56,848 nucleotides of DNA. Origin: Cyanophora paradoxa CCMP329. Its lineage: Eukaryota > Plantae > Glaucophyta. The DNA is taken from assembly GCA_004431415.1 (NCBI GenBank), contig QPMI01000316.1, positions 1-56,848 of the forward strand. Direction: 5' to 3'. Position 1 is the stretch's first letter. Each line of letters opens with the position of its first letter. Under the pieces are notes generated by a model. That model ran no database searches, was not told where the DNA came from, and saw nothing but the letters and a program-made list of their open reading frames with translations. Below are positions 1-12,109 of this stretch, piece by piece. A program made the position numbers and the translations under genes.

Positions 1-452
1 GCGCTAACGTGCGCTCTACGGGTGTGCTTGCTTCCGGGCTCCGAGATTGGAGCTTGCGGGTTTGCTTCCGAAGTTCCTGCATGCGCATGCGCAAATCAAC
101 AAATTACGCAATTGTTTTATGCCCCCCCCCCTTCTCTCCCTCTACCCCCGCTTGTGGGCTCCAAAGGCTTCTTCTGCGGCGCGATCCCGGTGCCGCCTTG
201 GCATGGAGACAGCCTTGGCCGCTCCGCAGGATCTGTTAAGCTTCGACCTCTTTGACAGGTGCCAGCGCGCGGTTCTGACCTTTAGGCGGGTGCCGCAAAT
301 CTGACTTCGCCGCGTTCAGTTTCAGCGCAAATCAGGCGGAAGCAGACGCGAGAACGCACGGGAAGCAGGTGCGCCTTCTGGCTATCCCACGCGATGATCG
401 CCGTGCCGCGCCTCGTTCCTAGCGGCCCTGTGCTGAGTCGTGATCTGCGCAG

Positions 453-2701
453 ATGGATGCCTCAAAGGGCGATGACCGGACCGGCATGCATGACCATCTG
501 AATGCCGGCGACCTGGACGTCGTGTCCTTCTTCGGAAGTGATATCATGCCCGGCATTGCGCTGGACGCTGGCCATCCGATGGACATCCCATCTCCGTCGT
601 TTCTTCCTTCCATCGGAATCTCGGACGCTTTCAACAACCCGATCTTGAGCAGCTTCGGGTCTTTCAGCGATGGCGGCTACCTTGGGCAGGGGGCAGATGG
701 AAACCTCTGCATTGGAGGGCAGCACGCTGGCTCATCGGAGCTTGCAGCCGCAGCGCTGACGGACAGCGCGCTTCTGGGCGCAACGCACATGGGGTCGCTG
801 CCCGCCTCGTCGGCGGGAGCGCCCGCTCAAAGTTCCGATGAGGAGGATCTCGCAAAGTTGATGGTGCGTTTTTGTCGTTTGCAGGGGCCTCTTTGAATCG
901 GCACGCGTCTGATTCCCTCGCAGAGGGAGATCAAGCGCGCGCGACGTGCGGAGCCAGGCGCTGAGACGGAGCCCGTACAGCTGCACAACGATATGTCGGG
1001 CCCCTCTTTCTCCTTGGAGAAGCAGCTTCGCGTTCAGATGGAGCATCACAATCAGATCAATCTCGCCCAGCAGATTCTGCAGCTTCAGCAGCAACACCAG
1101 TGTGGATCTCAGCGATCGCCTCAAAACTCCAAAGCCGACAGTAGCATCGCAGCGCCGACTTCCGCTCTTGGCTTCTCGCAAGACTTGGAGAGCGGTGCTC
1201 CGCAATCCGAGGCGAAGGCTGCGCCGGAGTCGACGGCAAGTGTCATGTCGATGGTGCGCAACTCTATTCCGTATCTAGACCTTTTCTCGCAATGATTCCC
1301 CTTCTTTCAGCCCCAAGTCGACATCAAGAAAGAGTCGTTTGCCATGCAGCCGCCAGCCGCTCCGGCAGCTCTGAGCGGAGCGGGAGCGCGCAAGCCTTCA
1401 GTCTCGGGGAATCTGTCCATCACCGTTCCGTCGGGGCAGACATCGGCCGCGTTGCCATCGCCGAGCACCCCCGCCGCGCCTGCCACTCCGAGCGCCTCTT
1501 CTGCTTCGCTTCAACCCAAGCGCCGCTTGGTCTGGACACCAGAGCTGCACCAGCGCTTCGTTGCAGCGGTCAATATTCTCGGGGTTCACTGTGCGCTTCT
1601 GTCTACTACTTCACTCCCGAAGAATTCTTTTATGTCCTTTTCGCTGGATTGATGTCTCGTGCCCACAGGTGCTGCTCCGAAGGCTATTCTCCAGCTTATG
1701 AACATCGATGGCCTTACTGCTGAGCATGTCAAGAGCCACTTGCAGGTGCGCTCACGATTTCATTTCGCCCCCTTTCTCTTCAGCTCTAACACTCTTCTCA
1801 GAAATACCGAATGAACCTGAAGAAGAACGGGGGCCAGGACACCCTTTTCGACGGTGCGGAATTTAGTTCTGGCGCGGACACGAAGCCCAGCGCGGCGCTC
1901 AGCGAAGCATCGTCGTCCCCGGCCCCCAAGGAAGCCGCAGCCTCCAGCAGCGCAGTAGCCTCCAGTAGCGCAGCTGTTTCCAGCAGCACGGCGGCCTCCA
2001 GCAGCGCATCTGTTGAGAAATCGCCGGCAGAGATTGCGCGAGCACCTGCCACACGTTCTGGGCGGAGCGCGTCTCCAGATGGCTCGGCGACGCGGGATGG
2101 TTCTGACGCTTCGTCGAGTGCTAGGCGCACCACAGCCTCGCAGAGCCAGGAGCTCCAGCGCCATCTTAAGATGCAGGAGCGAACTCTTCAGCTCCAGATG
2201 CAGCTGCAAATGCAAATGCATTCTCAGCTTGCTCTGCAGCGCCAGCTTCAGGTTAGCATTTCGCAGCAGAAGGAGTTGCTGCAGAAGCAGATGCGGGAGC
2301 AACAGGTCAGCATTGTACACATCTTGATTTCCGCTTGCATCTCTGACTCCTCAACAGGAGCAGCTGCGCTTGCTCATGCAGGACCAGGAGGCTGCAGAGA
2401 AGAACAGCGAGCTTTCTTCCCCTGAAAGAGCAGAGCGCCGTGGCCAGGCTGAACGTTTGAAGGAGCTTCACATGGTGCTTGCAAAGTAAGTCTTTGATGA
2501 ACGTATGAGAGCATTTACACTTGCCCTGAAGACGATGGCAGGCGGATTGCCGAGCAGCAGCAGGAGGTAGCCAAGCAAGAGGACCAATTGAAGGCGCTTC
2601 TGGAGATTAGCGAAAAGAACGTTACACAGCTGGCAAAGCCGGATGTGTTCGCACTTCCCCAGCCATCGGTTGCTCGGAGCTCCTCCCCTGCCGTGCAATA
2701 G
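453..2701 (+). CDS. PHR1/PSR1-like GARP (SHAQKYF-class MYB) plus coiled-coil transcription factor, multi-exon
   Basis: Spliced translation gives KRRLVWTPELHQRFVAAVNILGVH|CAAPKAILQLMNIDGLTAEHVKSHLQ|KYRMNLKK (GARP domain). TLQLQMQLQMQMHSQLALQRQLQVSISQQ (~2183-2270) aligns to the MYB-CC LHEQLE coiled coil. Stop TAG at 2699-2701. Confidence 0.88.
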
Positions 2702-3064
2702 CTATATTTGCTTCATTTACGCAGAACGATTCTTATTGCGAGGCAATATTGATGAAATATGCTCTCCATCAGTCTGTAAATTAGGTGTACTTGCAGTATT
2801 TAAAAAGAAACACTTTCGTTGTTGACCAGATACACTGGGGGTGGCATGGCATCATCAATTGCAGTGACTTTTCATCATCACTGAGACATCGAGGAATGTG
2901 CACGTGCACATTACCGGCCTGAGCCACACTGGGCAACTTTTGAACCTTTTTATATAATTACTAATATAAGTTATAAACATACTTGCAATTGGCCCTTACT
3001 GCAAAGCTCGAGAGCACCGCAAAGCTTGCAAAATCTGGAGCAGCCTTTTATGTTCAAGCTATAG

Positions 3065-3802
3065 CTAGCGTTGCGGGGGCCTCGATGCAAAACGGTGGAC
3101 AGCCGGGACAGCAAAAACGAAAGCCAGGACTAGGGCAAGACTGGCAACGACTCCGAGTTTGATAGCACCATACGGAATATCATAGAACAGCTCCTCGAGC
3201 ACTGCAGAAAGTTCAGCAACCTCGAAATGATTCAGTAGATCGCGATCGGCTCACCGATGTTGAACTGGACGAAGTTAGGCGCTTTAGACTGGAAGCTCAC
3301 TCCTTCTGCCTCTACTTCAACACAAACGGTGTAGCTCAGGCCGCGAGGTAGAGAAAAGCCCTGGGTGCGCATAGCAGACAAATTCACAAGACAAACAAGA
3401 TGGAAATATAATGAGCAGAATATCACACCAGAATTTCGCCTAACGCGCCGGTCTTGAACATAAGTTTCTCCGTGTTGAAAAGCGATCGACGCAAGTCCTT
3501 CTCAGCGTCTCCAATCAACCGCAATGAGAATTTGCTCGGCATCTGCCTGGGGTCACGCGCTTGCACGCGCTGGGCAGCCAAAGACGCACGGTCGCAGGAT
3601 ATGATATGCGAACTTCGTAATGCGCATGGGGCCGGAGGGCCGTGAGGGCGAACAAGCGCCATCCGCCGTAGGTGATGCGCTGGAGCTGAGAATCGTTGAC
3701 CACCAGAGGAACGACCTCCGACTGATCGCTGACACACGCACAACCCACAGAAGCAACAAGAAGCGCCAGAGCGAGTGCCAATACGCTAGCGGCTGACCTC
3801 AT
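3065..3802 (-). CDS. Uncharacterised protein with signal peptide and C-terminal transmembrane helix (4 exons)
   Basis: Signal-like start MRSAASVLALALALLVASVG. Motifs YEVRISYPAT, LFNTEKLMF and FNIVLEELFYDIP resemble a conserved uncharacterised plant family. Hydrophobic tail LGVVASLALVLAFVFAVP. Stop at 3065-3067. Confidence 0.7.
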
Positions 3803-4299
3803 GCGAGCTGCTGAGGTTCACGCCAGCGCATCTTCCCTCCACTAAGCTATCAAGCACCAGCACGCCGGCAAGGGCCACACGAAAAGTGCAGGCGGCAGGC
3901 GCAGGCGGCAGGCGGCGGCGGCAGGCCAAAACTAAGGGTACACGAAACACCTCAGCCGACACCCTGCGGCGCTGCGCAGCATTGCGCCAACGAGAGTTGA
4001 TAAAGGAAGCGTGTGGAAGTCGCCTGGCCTTCTGGGGGGAGTACCGCCCATGCGAGCCGGGGGCGCCTTCGTGGCTGGGCCAGCGCACTCGGCCAGCCCC
4101 GTAGCTTTATTGCGCAGCGGCTTCTCAGGAGCACCGCCGTCTCTGGAGCGAAGATTTGCCGGTCGGCCGCATGCGCGGCGGGGCAAGATGCAGGCGAGAG
4201 CGCTGGAGCGCAGGCGGATGCAATTTAGATGGAGTCCAGCGTGCAAAACGCTCCACTGCGTTGCGCAAGACTCCGCAAAGCGCGAGCCGACCGCTGCGA

Positions 4300-6127
4300 G
4301 AGTCCACGTGAACTGTCGAATCCACGTGAACTGTGGCGTTCAACGGTTCTCGATGGTCAGGATCCCTGACCGCCGCCTAGGCTAGTCGAATTCACGTGAA
4401 CTGCGGCGTTTTATTCTCGAAATTTAAAGCAGCAGTGCAAACGATCGCGACGGCAGCCGAGCGGCGAGTCGAATCCACGTGAACTGTGGCGTTCTCGAAA
4501 AGCAGAAAAGCGAGGGCTAGGGGGGGGGGGGGGGTACTTGGCCTGAGTAAGAGCTGTACTTGGCATGAGTAAGAGCTGAGTAAGAGCAGCGTTCGAGCGC
4601 TGTTGAAGGTGCGACCCGCTCATGATCAATGACCTGCGACGACTGCGAGAGTGGGGTACGCCTATCACGAGGGAGTCGCGGCCACGATATCGATAATGGG
4701 GTCGCAGCCGCGACGAACCTCGCGAGGGGTACCCGCGGAGGCACTTTCCACTTGGCACTGTGACGCCTTTTGTCGCTTGCATCCCGGGTGTGCGTTCGGG
4801 CGCGGCGCCTTGTTGCACCGCGTTCATCACGGCTCTCTTCGCACCGCCGCCTCTGCGGTCCCCCGGGATTCTCTCCCTGACTCTCCCCCCTGATTCTCCG
4901 CCCCGGCGCACCGCCGCGCCTCGCGCGCGTTGCGACATTTTTATCTCTTCGGGTCACCCGCGCCGCCCGTGACACCGGCGCGCGGCGCGAGCGGGCGCGG
5001 GGATGGGGCGCGGCCGCGGGCTCTGCCCCGTCTGTCGGCGCGCCCACGCGGCCGTCGACATGATCGGATGCGACAGGTGTGACGCGTGGGTGCACTACAG
5101 GTGCGCACGCCGCGCCCGCCGCTTGGCGTCTGTTCTGTTCTGCTCCTTCTGGTCCGCCCGTGTGCACGTGCTCTAATTTTCCGACTGTTCCGGCGCCCCC
5201 CCGCGCAGGTGCGCCGGCGTCCGCGACGACGCGCACGCGGATTCAATCGATTATTTGTGTCCGGCGTGCGCCGCCGGCGCGCGGCCCGCTCAAGTGTGCA
5301 ATCTCCCGCCCCGGTCGCCCGTGCCTTGCTTACCGCCCGGCCCAGCGCGCCGAGGCCGCGCAGCCGCCCAACGCCCCCGTGAGAAAACTCTAGTCTGGCA
5401 AAATTTACGTGAATTCGGCTCTCGGACTCCGCACCGACCCGCGCCCCCCGTGAGAGTTCACGTGAAGCTAGAGAGTAGAGAGAGCTGAAAGCTAGAAATC
5501 ACGTGAATTCGGCTCTCGGACTTAGCCCCGCGAGCGTTCACGTGGGGCTAGAGATCTAGATCTAGAGCCCAAAGCTAGAAATCTCACGTAATTGGAGTTC
5601 ACGTGAATTCGCCTCTCGAACTCAGCTCCGCCCCGCAGGAACATCTTCCTGCGGTTGATCTCCGGCGTGGACGCGGGGCGCCGGCTGAAGCCCCTCCGAT
5701 TAGCCGCCCTGGGCCTGGCGTCGCCGACGGCGGCTGAGTACGCCGCCGCCGTGCGCACGGCCGCCGCGGCTTATCACGACCCGGCCGGCACCCCCGACCC
5801 GACCGGCGCCGCCACGTGCACCCGGCCGGTCGCCTCCGTCGTCTGTCAGTAGGGGGACCGCTCACCCCCCGTCAGCGGGCTCTGCTGCGAAAAGCGTTTA
5901 CGCGACACCCGCGGCTTAGCGCCTTGTAGGGACAGCGCCCCCCCTGGGGACCCAGTAGCTGCGCGCGACAAGTAGACCCGCGCTGCGGCTGCCCCTGTTT
6001 CCGTTGAGCCGACCGCTATTCAGCCAGGCCTCTGGCCGCAGTTCACGTGAATTCGACAAATAGACCCGCGCTGCGGCTGCCCCTGTTCAACGCGTACGGT
6101 TTCCGTTGAGCCGCAGTTCACGTGAAT
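4300..6127. mobile_element. Putative non-autonomous DNA-transposon-like element with nested inverted repeats and many CACGTG/TTCACGTGAA copies
   Basis: Perfect 23-bp inverted repeat GTCGAATTCACGTGAACTGCGGC at 4385-4407 and 6035-6057. Outer imperfect pair at ~4316-4346 and ~6103-6127. Internal direct repeats at ~5374-5522 and 5973-5998/6061-6087. No transposase or target-site duplication recognised. Confidence 0.5.
5003..5290 (+). pseudogene. PHD-finger coding fragment split by one intron (5101-5208), inside the repeat element
   Basis: Spliced translation LCPVCRRAHAAVDMIGCDRCDAWVHYR|CAGVRDDAHADSIDYLCPAC is a complete C4-H-C3 PHD pattern. The intron is GT..AG with a CTAAT branch-like motif. 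In-frame TGA upstream at 4970. Expression unknown. Confidence 0.65.
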
Positions 6128-6346
6128 CAAGAATCACCCTGGCTTGATTCCAGGGGCCCAGCCAGACGTGCAGGCTCAACCGCGCAGACTCTCGCGTGCT
6201 GGTTCCTCGGTTTCCTCGGGCTCGCAAGCTTAAGCAGGTCGCCAGCTAAGCAGGAGTAGGGGGGGACAAGACAGGAGTACGTGAAACATTGAGCGCACGC
6301 CGACAGTACTAGTCTCACATGTACACAGACCTGTAGCTAGCAATCT

Positions 6347-8576
6347 ATGGACGCGTTTCTAACACCGGCTACGGCGATGGCCGTCCGGAGCCTCCCCGTC
6401 GCACGGGTTGCCGTCGCACAGGCGCGGCTCGTGCGGCCTGCTCAGCTCAGTACGCGCCGGGCGCATCGTCCAGCCAGGCTCGCTTCTCGTCAGTCGCTCT
6501 TCCACAGCTCAGCCGGTCCAGCTCTCCTGCGGCCAGCTGCCGTTTTCTCGACCCCGAATATTCAGCCAGCTCTGGACCGGGGCACCGTCCTCCTGTCGCC
6601 GCCGTCCTCAGAGCTCAAGGCGCTCTGTGCGAGCCAGGCTGCACTAATCTGCCGAGCGATGGAGGCGGTGAGCAGCGCGGTCTACCTGGCACAGCAGTCG
6701 CGGAAGGGCTCGCTGGAGTTTGTGCAAGTGGCGAGCTTCCCCGACGACGATCTCCTCGCGCTGCCGAAGACGCTGCTGCCCACGAGCAGGTACTGCAGCG
6801 TTCCCTGCGGCTAGGCGCGCGCGCCGACGAGGGCGGCAGGATCCTCTCCGAATACCCGTTCGTGTCCTTCTCCGATCCGGACGCTTCCTTCGGGGTCGAG
6901 GGGATACGCATCGCCCCGCTGCTACACGCCGGCATTCTTCTCGGTGGGGCTGTTCCTGTCGGGCCCCCCTCGCTCCTCCGCGCTCTGCCGACGCGGCTGC
7001 CGCAGGCCTGCTCGTGGTGGCGCGCTCGAGCAGCCAGTGGCGGGCGGGGGACGAGCAGCAGCTGCAGGCCGCCGCCGAGACCCTAGCCATCGCCTGCGCT
7101 CTCGACCAGAAATCGCAGTGGCAGGAGCGCATCCGCTCCGAGCAGAACATGCTGATGGGCCAGTTCACCTCCGTGCTCTCCTCCATCCTCCAGCAGGCCC
7201 GCCGCCCGCCGGCGCCCCCGCTCGATGGCCTGCATCTGACGCCGGCCGCAGGCGAGGAGCCCGCTCACGGCCGTGCGGACGTTCGGCCAGATCCTGAAGA
7301 AGCGGGTGCGCGGCAAGGGGCGAGGGCGGGGTGCCCCCGGGGCGGCACGGGGCGACGGGGCGGGGCGGTGCAGCTGGGGGCGGGGGACCCGTCGCGGGAC
7401 CTGGCGGGGGACATCCTCGTGCAGACGGACCGTCTCCAGGAGCTCCTCCTCCGCCTCGACCAGGCCCGCCTCGCCCCGCACCGCCCCCGCCCCTTCCTCA
7501 CCGCCCCGCCCCGCCCCGCCCCGCAGGCCCTCGAATCCGCCTCCGATGAGGGCCCCACCCCCGCCCCCGCCCCCTCCCCGGCGCCGCAGCGCCTCCTTTC
7601 GCCGGCGCGGGGCTCCGACGCCTCCGCACCGCGGCTCCTCCCCGCCGCCGAGCCCCGCCGCCTCGAAATCCTCGAGTGAGGCCCCGCGCCCCGCCCCGCC
7701 CCCGCGCTGGCGCCGCAGCCGGCTCACCTCCCCGCAGCGTCCTCCGCCCCGTCCTCTCCTCGGTGCAGCCGGTGGCGGACACGCGGCGGCTCGCCCTAAC
7801 GGCCCTCTTCGACACCGAGCTGCCCCCGTCCGCGTGCGCCCGTCCGCCGCCCCCGCCCGCGCCCCGCGCGCCGCCCTCACCGCCACCCCAGGCCGACCCC
7901 ACCGGCCTCCGCGAGGCGAGCTCGCGCGCGAGCGGGGAGGCGGCGGCGGGCTGAGCGTGGGGGCAGGTGGTGGGCAGCGTGCTGGACAACGCCCTCAAGT
8001 ACACCCCGCCCGGCGGCTCCGTCCTCCTCCAGGCCCGCCCCGCCCGCCCCCGCCCGCCCCCGCGCCGCCCCGCCGAGGGGGCGGGCAGGTGAGGGCGGCC
8101 GGGGACCCCGGCGGGAGCGGGCGGCGCGGCGTGCTCTGCGTCGTCGCGGACGACGGGCCGGGCCTCCCCGACGACGACGAGGCGGCGGCGCCGGCCCGCC
8201 CCCTCTGCCCCGGCCCCGCCGCGCGGAGACGGCTGCGGGGGCGGCGGGCGGGCAGGGGCTCGGTCTCGCGGTCGCGAGGGAGCTCGTGGAGCTCATGGAG
8301 GGGCGCATCGACCTCCGCAGCCCCTGCCCCGACCACCTCCACCCCGCAACCGCCGCCGCTGGCGCCGCGCCTGCAGCCGCTCCCGCCGAGACAGCGTCCG
8401 ATGGCGAGGAGGAAGGCGCCGGCGACGCGCCCGCCGACCCCGGCGCCGCCCGCCCGCGGGGCCCGGGCGCCGGCGGAGACGCGTCGAGGTTCCCACTAGA
8501 CTCGGCCGCCTCCGCACGGGGCACCGCCGTCTCGATCTGGCTCCCCGAGTGGGTGGCTCCGAAAGATCCGATATAG
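6347..8576 (+). CDS. CSK: Chloroplast sensor kinase (CSK/Hik2-like): transit peptide, GAF, HisKA-like, HATPase
   Basis: MDAFL.. Ala/Arg/Ser-rich presequence. SSELKALCASQAALI..AVYL matches the Hik2 N-terminal GAF. Also AAETLAIACALDQKSQW, ILQQ|ARSPLTAVRTFGQILKKR, N box LDNALKYT, G1 VADDGPGL, G2 GLGLAVARELVELMEGRI and GTAVSIWLP. Confidence 0.85.
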
Positions 8577-8979
8577 TGTAATTGTCCCCTCGAACACGAA
8601 TCTTGAGCCGACGGCTGCGTGATCGACGGGTGGCTCGACTCCCGAGGTGGGTCCGCTAGCTATAGGCCTTTAGGGGTGGACCGACTCCCGCGCGGTGCAC
8701 ATGCACATGGCCCGATGACGGTCCGCAGGGGGTACCCTGGCGCCGGGGCCGCAGCGCGCTCCGTTTACTCGAAGTCGAGAGCGGGCGAGCACGCGTCAAA
8801 CGCGTACGCAGGCACGCCCCGTAGGCAGATCACCGAGGCGGCAGGCAGTGGACGCAGGCTGTCGTGCGTGCAGTTGCAGAGCATTGTTCATTGCAGAGCG
8901 TTGCAGAGCGTTCAGTTCGAGGTGTAGAGCGACAGATAGAACAATTCAGAGCATTGCAGCTGGCGGAGCGCGGCGGCGC

Positions 8980-11596
8980 ATGCAGCGGCGGCCCGCGGAG
9001 CGCGCCGAGCGCGGGACCAGCGATTCGCAGAGCGGGAGCCAGGTGAACGTCGATCCGTCGAGGCTGGGGGAGCTCATCGCGAGGGCCACGAAGACCGGCG
9101 AGCAGGCTCTTGACGCCGACCACGTGAAAGTGAGCTTGCGCTCAGCCGCGTTCGCGCCCGTAAGCCTCACGGCCGAGGCACCAACTGCAGGATATCAAGA
9201 GCATCGTCCGTACGTCCGAAGATGCGGCACGATCCGCGTACGAATGCGTCCTGGCTCAGCTCAAGACGAAACACTCGCAGGTCAGATCAGTTCACGCGCT
9301 CATACCACGACGCCGGCTCGCTGAGCTGTACGCAGATACGCCTACTCGCAACTCTCCTTGCGGATGAGCTCTTCATGCGATCGAAGACCTTCCGCGCGTG
9401 CCTGGTGGAGGATCTCCGAACTTTCATCGGTGATAGAGCATCTGCGCGCCAAGCTGCGGGGCGCTGACGGATTCGCCAGAGCTCGCGATCGGGACTTCGC
9501 TTGAGAACCCTCTGCCCCCGCCGGAGTTCGCTGCCGTCGCCCTGAGGGAGAAGGCGCTGGAGGCAATCGAGCGGTGGGACGACGAGCACGGCTCCCGCTA
9601 CAAACAGGCGCGCTGCCCTCGATCACAGCTCTTCGAGGTATCGCCAAAGCTGAAACTTTCCGCAGCTCGGGCACGCTATGCGGTACCTGAAGGAGGATAT
9701 GCGAATGCGCTTTCCGGAAATCCGGGCGAACGCCGCCCGGCGAAGGCAAGACGAGGAACGGAGAAGAGTGAGCCGGGCAGTGAAGATCCTTTTGTTCCGC
9801 TTTCCGTCCCCCGACCGTCGCGTCAGGCAGAGACGCAGCGTCTGCTCTCGGCCCGCTTCGAGCAGCTGCGGAGGGAGTGGCCGGAGAAGTCGGTCGAGAT
9901 GGCAGCCACGCTGGACGAGATGGTGCGGCCGGCCGCCTCGCGGGCGCGCTTTTCGCCGGCGGGGCTCATGGGGCCCTCAGGACGCGGCGTTCGGGGCGCT
10001 GCTGGAGCACCGGGAAGGGCCGGCGGGGGGCGGGGAGGGGCCGGGCCCGGGCGAGGAGCCCGAGGAGGAGGCGCTCGAGCCCGAGGAGGCGGCCGAGTAC
10101 AACCACCGGCGCGCCCCCGGCGCGGAGGCCGCCGTGCGCACCCGCCGCGCCCCGCGCCGGCCCTGCTGCACGGAATGCCAGCCGCGCCCTCCGGCAGGTC
10201 TCCCGCGCCCTGCTCGCGCACGGCGGGCTCTCGATCACGGTGGACAGGCAGGCCGCCCGCCAGGTCGGCCCCTCCACGGCGGCGCGCGCGTGCAGACGTG
10301 ACGGGAGCTCTCGGCGCAGGGGGCGGAGAACGAGCCGCTGTACGCGGCGCTGGGAGAGGCCCTCCGCGTCGTCGAGGCCCGCCACGCGCCCCTCGCCGCC
10401 GAGTGGGCCGACACCCTCACCCGCTGGGACCCCCCGCCCGAGGCGCCCGCCCCGCGCTGCCGGCCTCGCGGTCCGGCCGCGCGCTGACCCCGTCCGCAGA
10501 TGTCCTCCGCCCGCGAGTCGTTCCTGCGCGATGTGCTCGTCCTGAGGCAGCGGATCGCGAACGCCCGGGGCCGCGCGGCCGACGTCGGCGTCACCAGCGC
10601 GCCCCTGCCGGCGCTGGCGGCCCCCGGGGCGGACGGGGAGGAGGCGCTGGAAGAGGGCGACTGGGAGGCGGCCGTCGTGGTGCCTGCCGCCCGTCCGGCC
10701 CCGCAGCCGCGGCGGTCGGGGCGGCCGCCGTCCTCCAGCTCGCCCTCGTCGGCCCAGCCGCGCGGCATCCCCGCCCGGCCTGCACCCGGGAGCACCGGCA
10801 CCAGCACCGCCAGCAGCAGCAGCAGCAGCCGGCCAGCGGATGAGAGGGGCGCGGCGGCGGCGGCGGCGGCGGCGGGGCCGTCGGTGGCGGAGTCGCTGGC
10901 GGCGAACTACCGGGGCCTGGCGATCGAGGGCCACTGGGGCCGCTTCGAGGCGGACGCGGTGGTGGACGCGGCGCACGTCGAGCGCCTCATGGCCGCCGGC
11001 CTCATCGTACCCGCCTACGCCGCCCCCGCCCGCCCCCCGCCCCCCCCCCCCCCCGCCCTCCCGCGTGCGCTTCCCCGCCCCTTTTTCCCCCGTGAAGCAT
11101 CGCCCGGTCTGACCGCGGCGGCCTGCAGCCGTGCCGGGCGCCGCTGCGGAGCGGGGCGCTGTGCCCGCGGCGGGACCTGTACCGGTGCCCGCACCACGGC
11201 CCCATCGTCGAGCGCGACGAGGAGGGCAACCCCCTCCCGCAAGCCTCCGCCGGGCAAAACCGGGAGCCCTCCGCGTCCCAGGGGGCGCCGCCGCCAGCTC
11301 TCGGCGACGCCGCCCCCGCCGGCGCCCCGGCCCCCAGGGAGCTCGCCCCACGGGGCCCGGCCCCCTCCGCCAGCTCCGGCGCCGGGCGAGGGGCGAAGCG
11401 CAGCCGGGCGCGGTCGCCCACCAGCTCGGGCGCGGCGGGGCGCGGCTCCAAGCTCGTGGCCCTCAGCAAGCCGCCGCCGGATGGGCCCCTCCAGCGTCTC
11501 CGCAAGCGCATCGCGCGGGAGGCGAAGTCCGTCGCCCTCCTCCACTCCGAGCGGGACGAAGCGTCCAGGCGCGACGCCGCCGCGAACCGCTGGTAG
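8980..11596 (+). CDS. UVSSA: UV-stimulated scaffold protein A homolog
   Basis: N-terminal VHS-like region IRLLATLLADELFMRSKTFR..LPPP..LREKALEAIERW. C-terminal CRAPLRSGALCPRRDLYRCPHHGPIVERDEEGNP matches the UVSSA zinc-finger signature. Ends ..AANRW*. Confidence 0.85.
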
Positions 11597-12109
11597 CCAG
11601 CGCGCGCGGTAGCGCTGGTGGCGCTATAGCTAGGCCTAGGCGCTGCTTAAGCGAGCTTCTGCGCTAGCTACAGCGCTAGTTATAGCTATAGATCTTGATC
11701 AGCATGTTTGATCTCAAAGTTCGTCAGCATTATCGATACTATGATAGGACGTACAATCTTCAGCGCTAGCCCCAAAGCAATCCACAATAATCCTGTATCC
11801 CCGCGGAATCCGCAGGCGCATCTACTCAGCAGTGTACGACGGTAGAGTTCTCTGCAGGCCGCTAGGTTCGCTTCTGGTTCGCTTCACAGCTAGCTTGTTA
11901 GAGCCCGGCAGCGCGCGGTCTGGGCTGGTTCCTGGTCGTCGGTTCAGCAGACCCCTGTCCGGCGACACAGCCGCGTGTAGCACGTCGCTGCTTCACGCTG
12001 ATATCTTGCGAGTAAAGGAGTGCACCGTCACTCGTGCCACCCGACGTGCTTCCCCGCTCTTCTTTCGCTCCAGCGCCATCCCGCTGCGGTCTGAGCACCG
12101 CGCCATATA

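Noticed and set aside
1010-1100. Second MYB-CC-like coiled coil (LEKQLRVQMEHHNQINL) in the PHR-like N-terminus
   Set aside because: Similarity is limited to a few residues in Gln-rich sequence and cannot be told from chance.
4300-6127. CRISPR-like array of CACGTGAA repeats
   Set aside because: Spacing is irregular, orientation flips, the repeat core is short and the context is eukaryotic with no cas genes.
6347-8576. Bacterial contamination or a prokaryotic two-component operon
   Set aside because: The gene has spliceosomal introns and a transit-peptide-like leader, and there is no adjacent response regulator.
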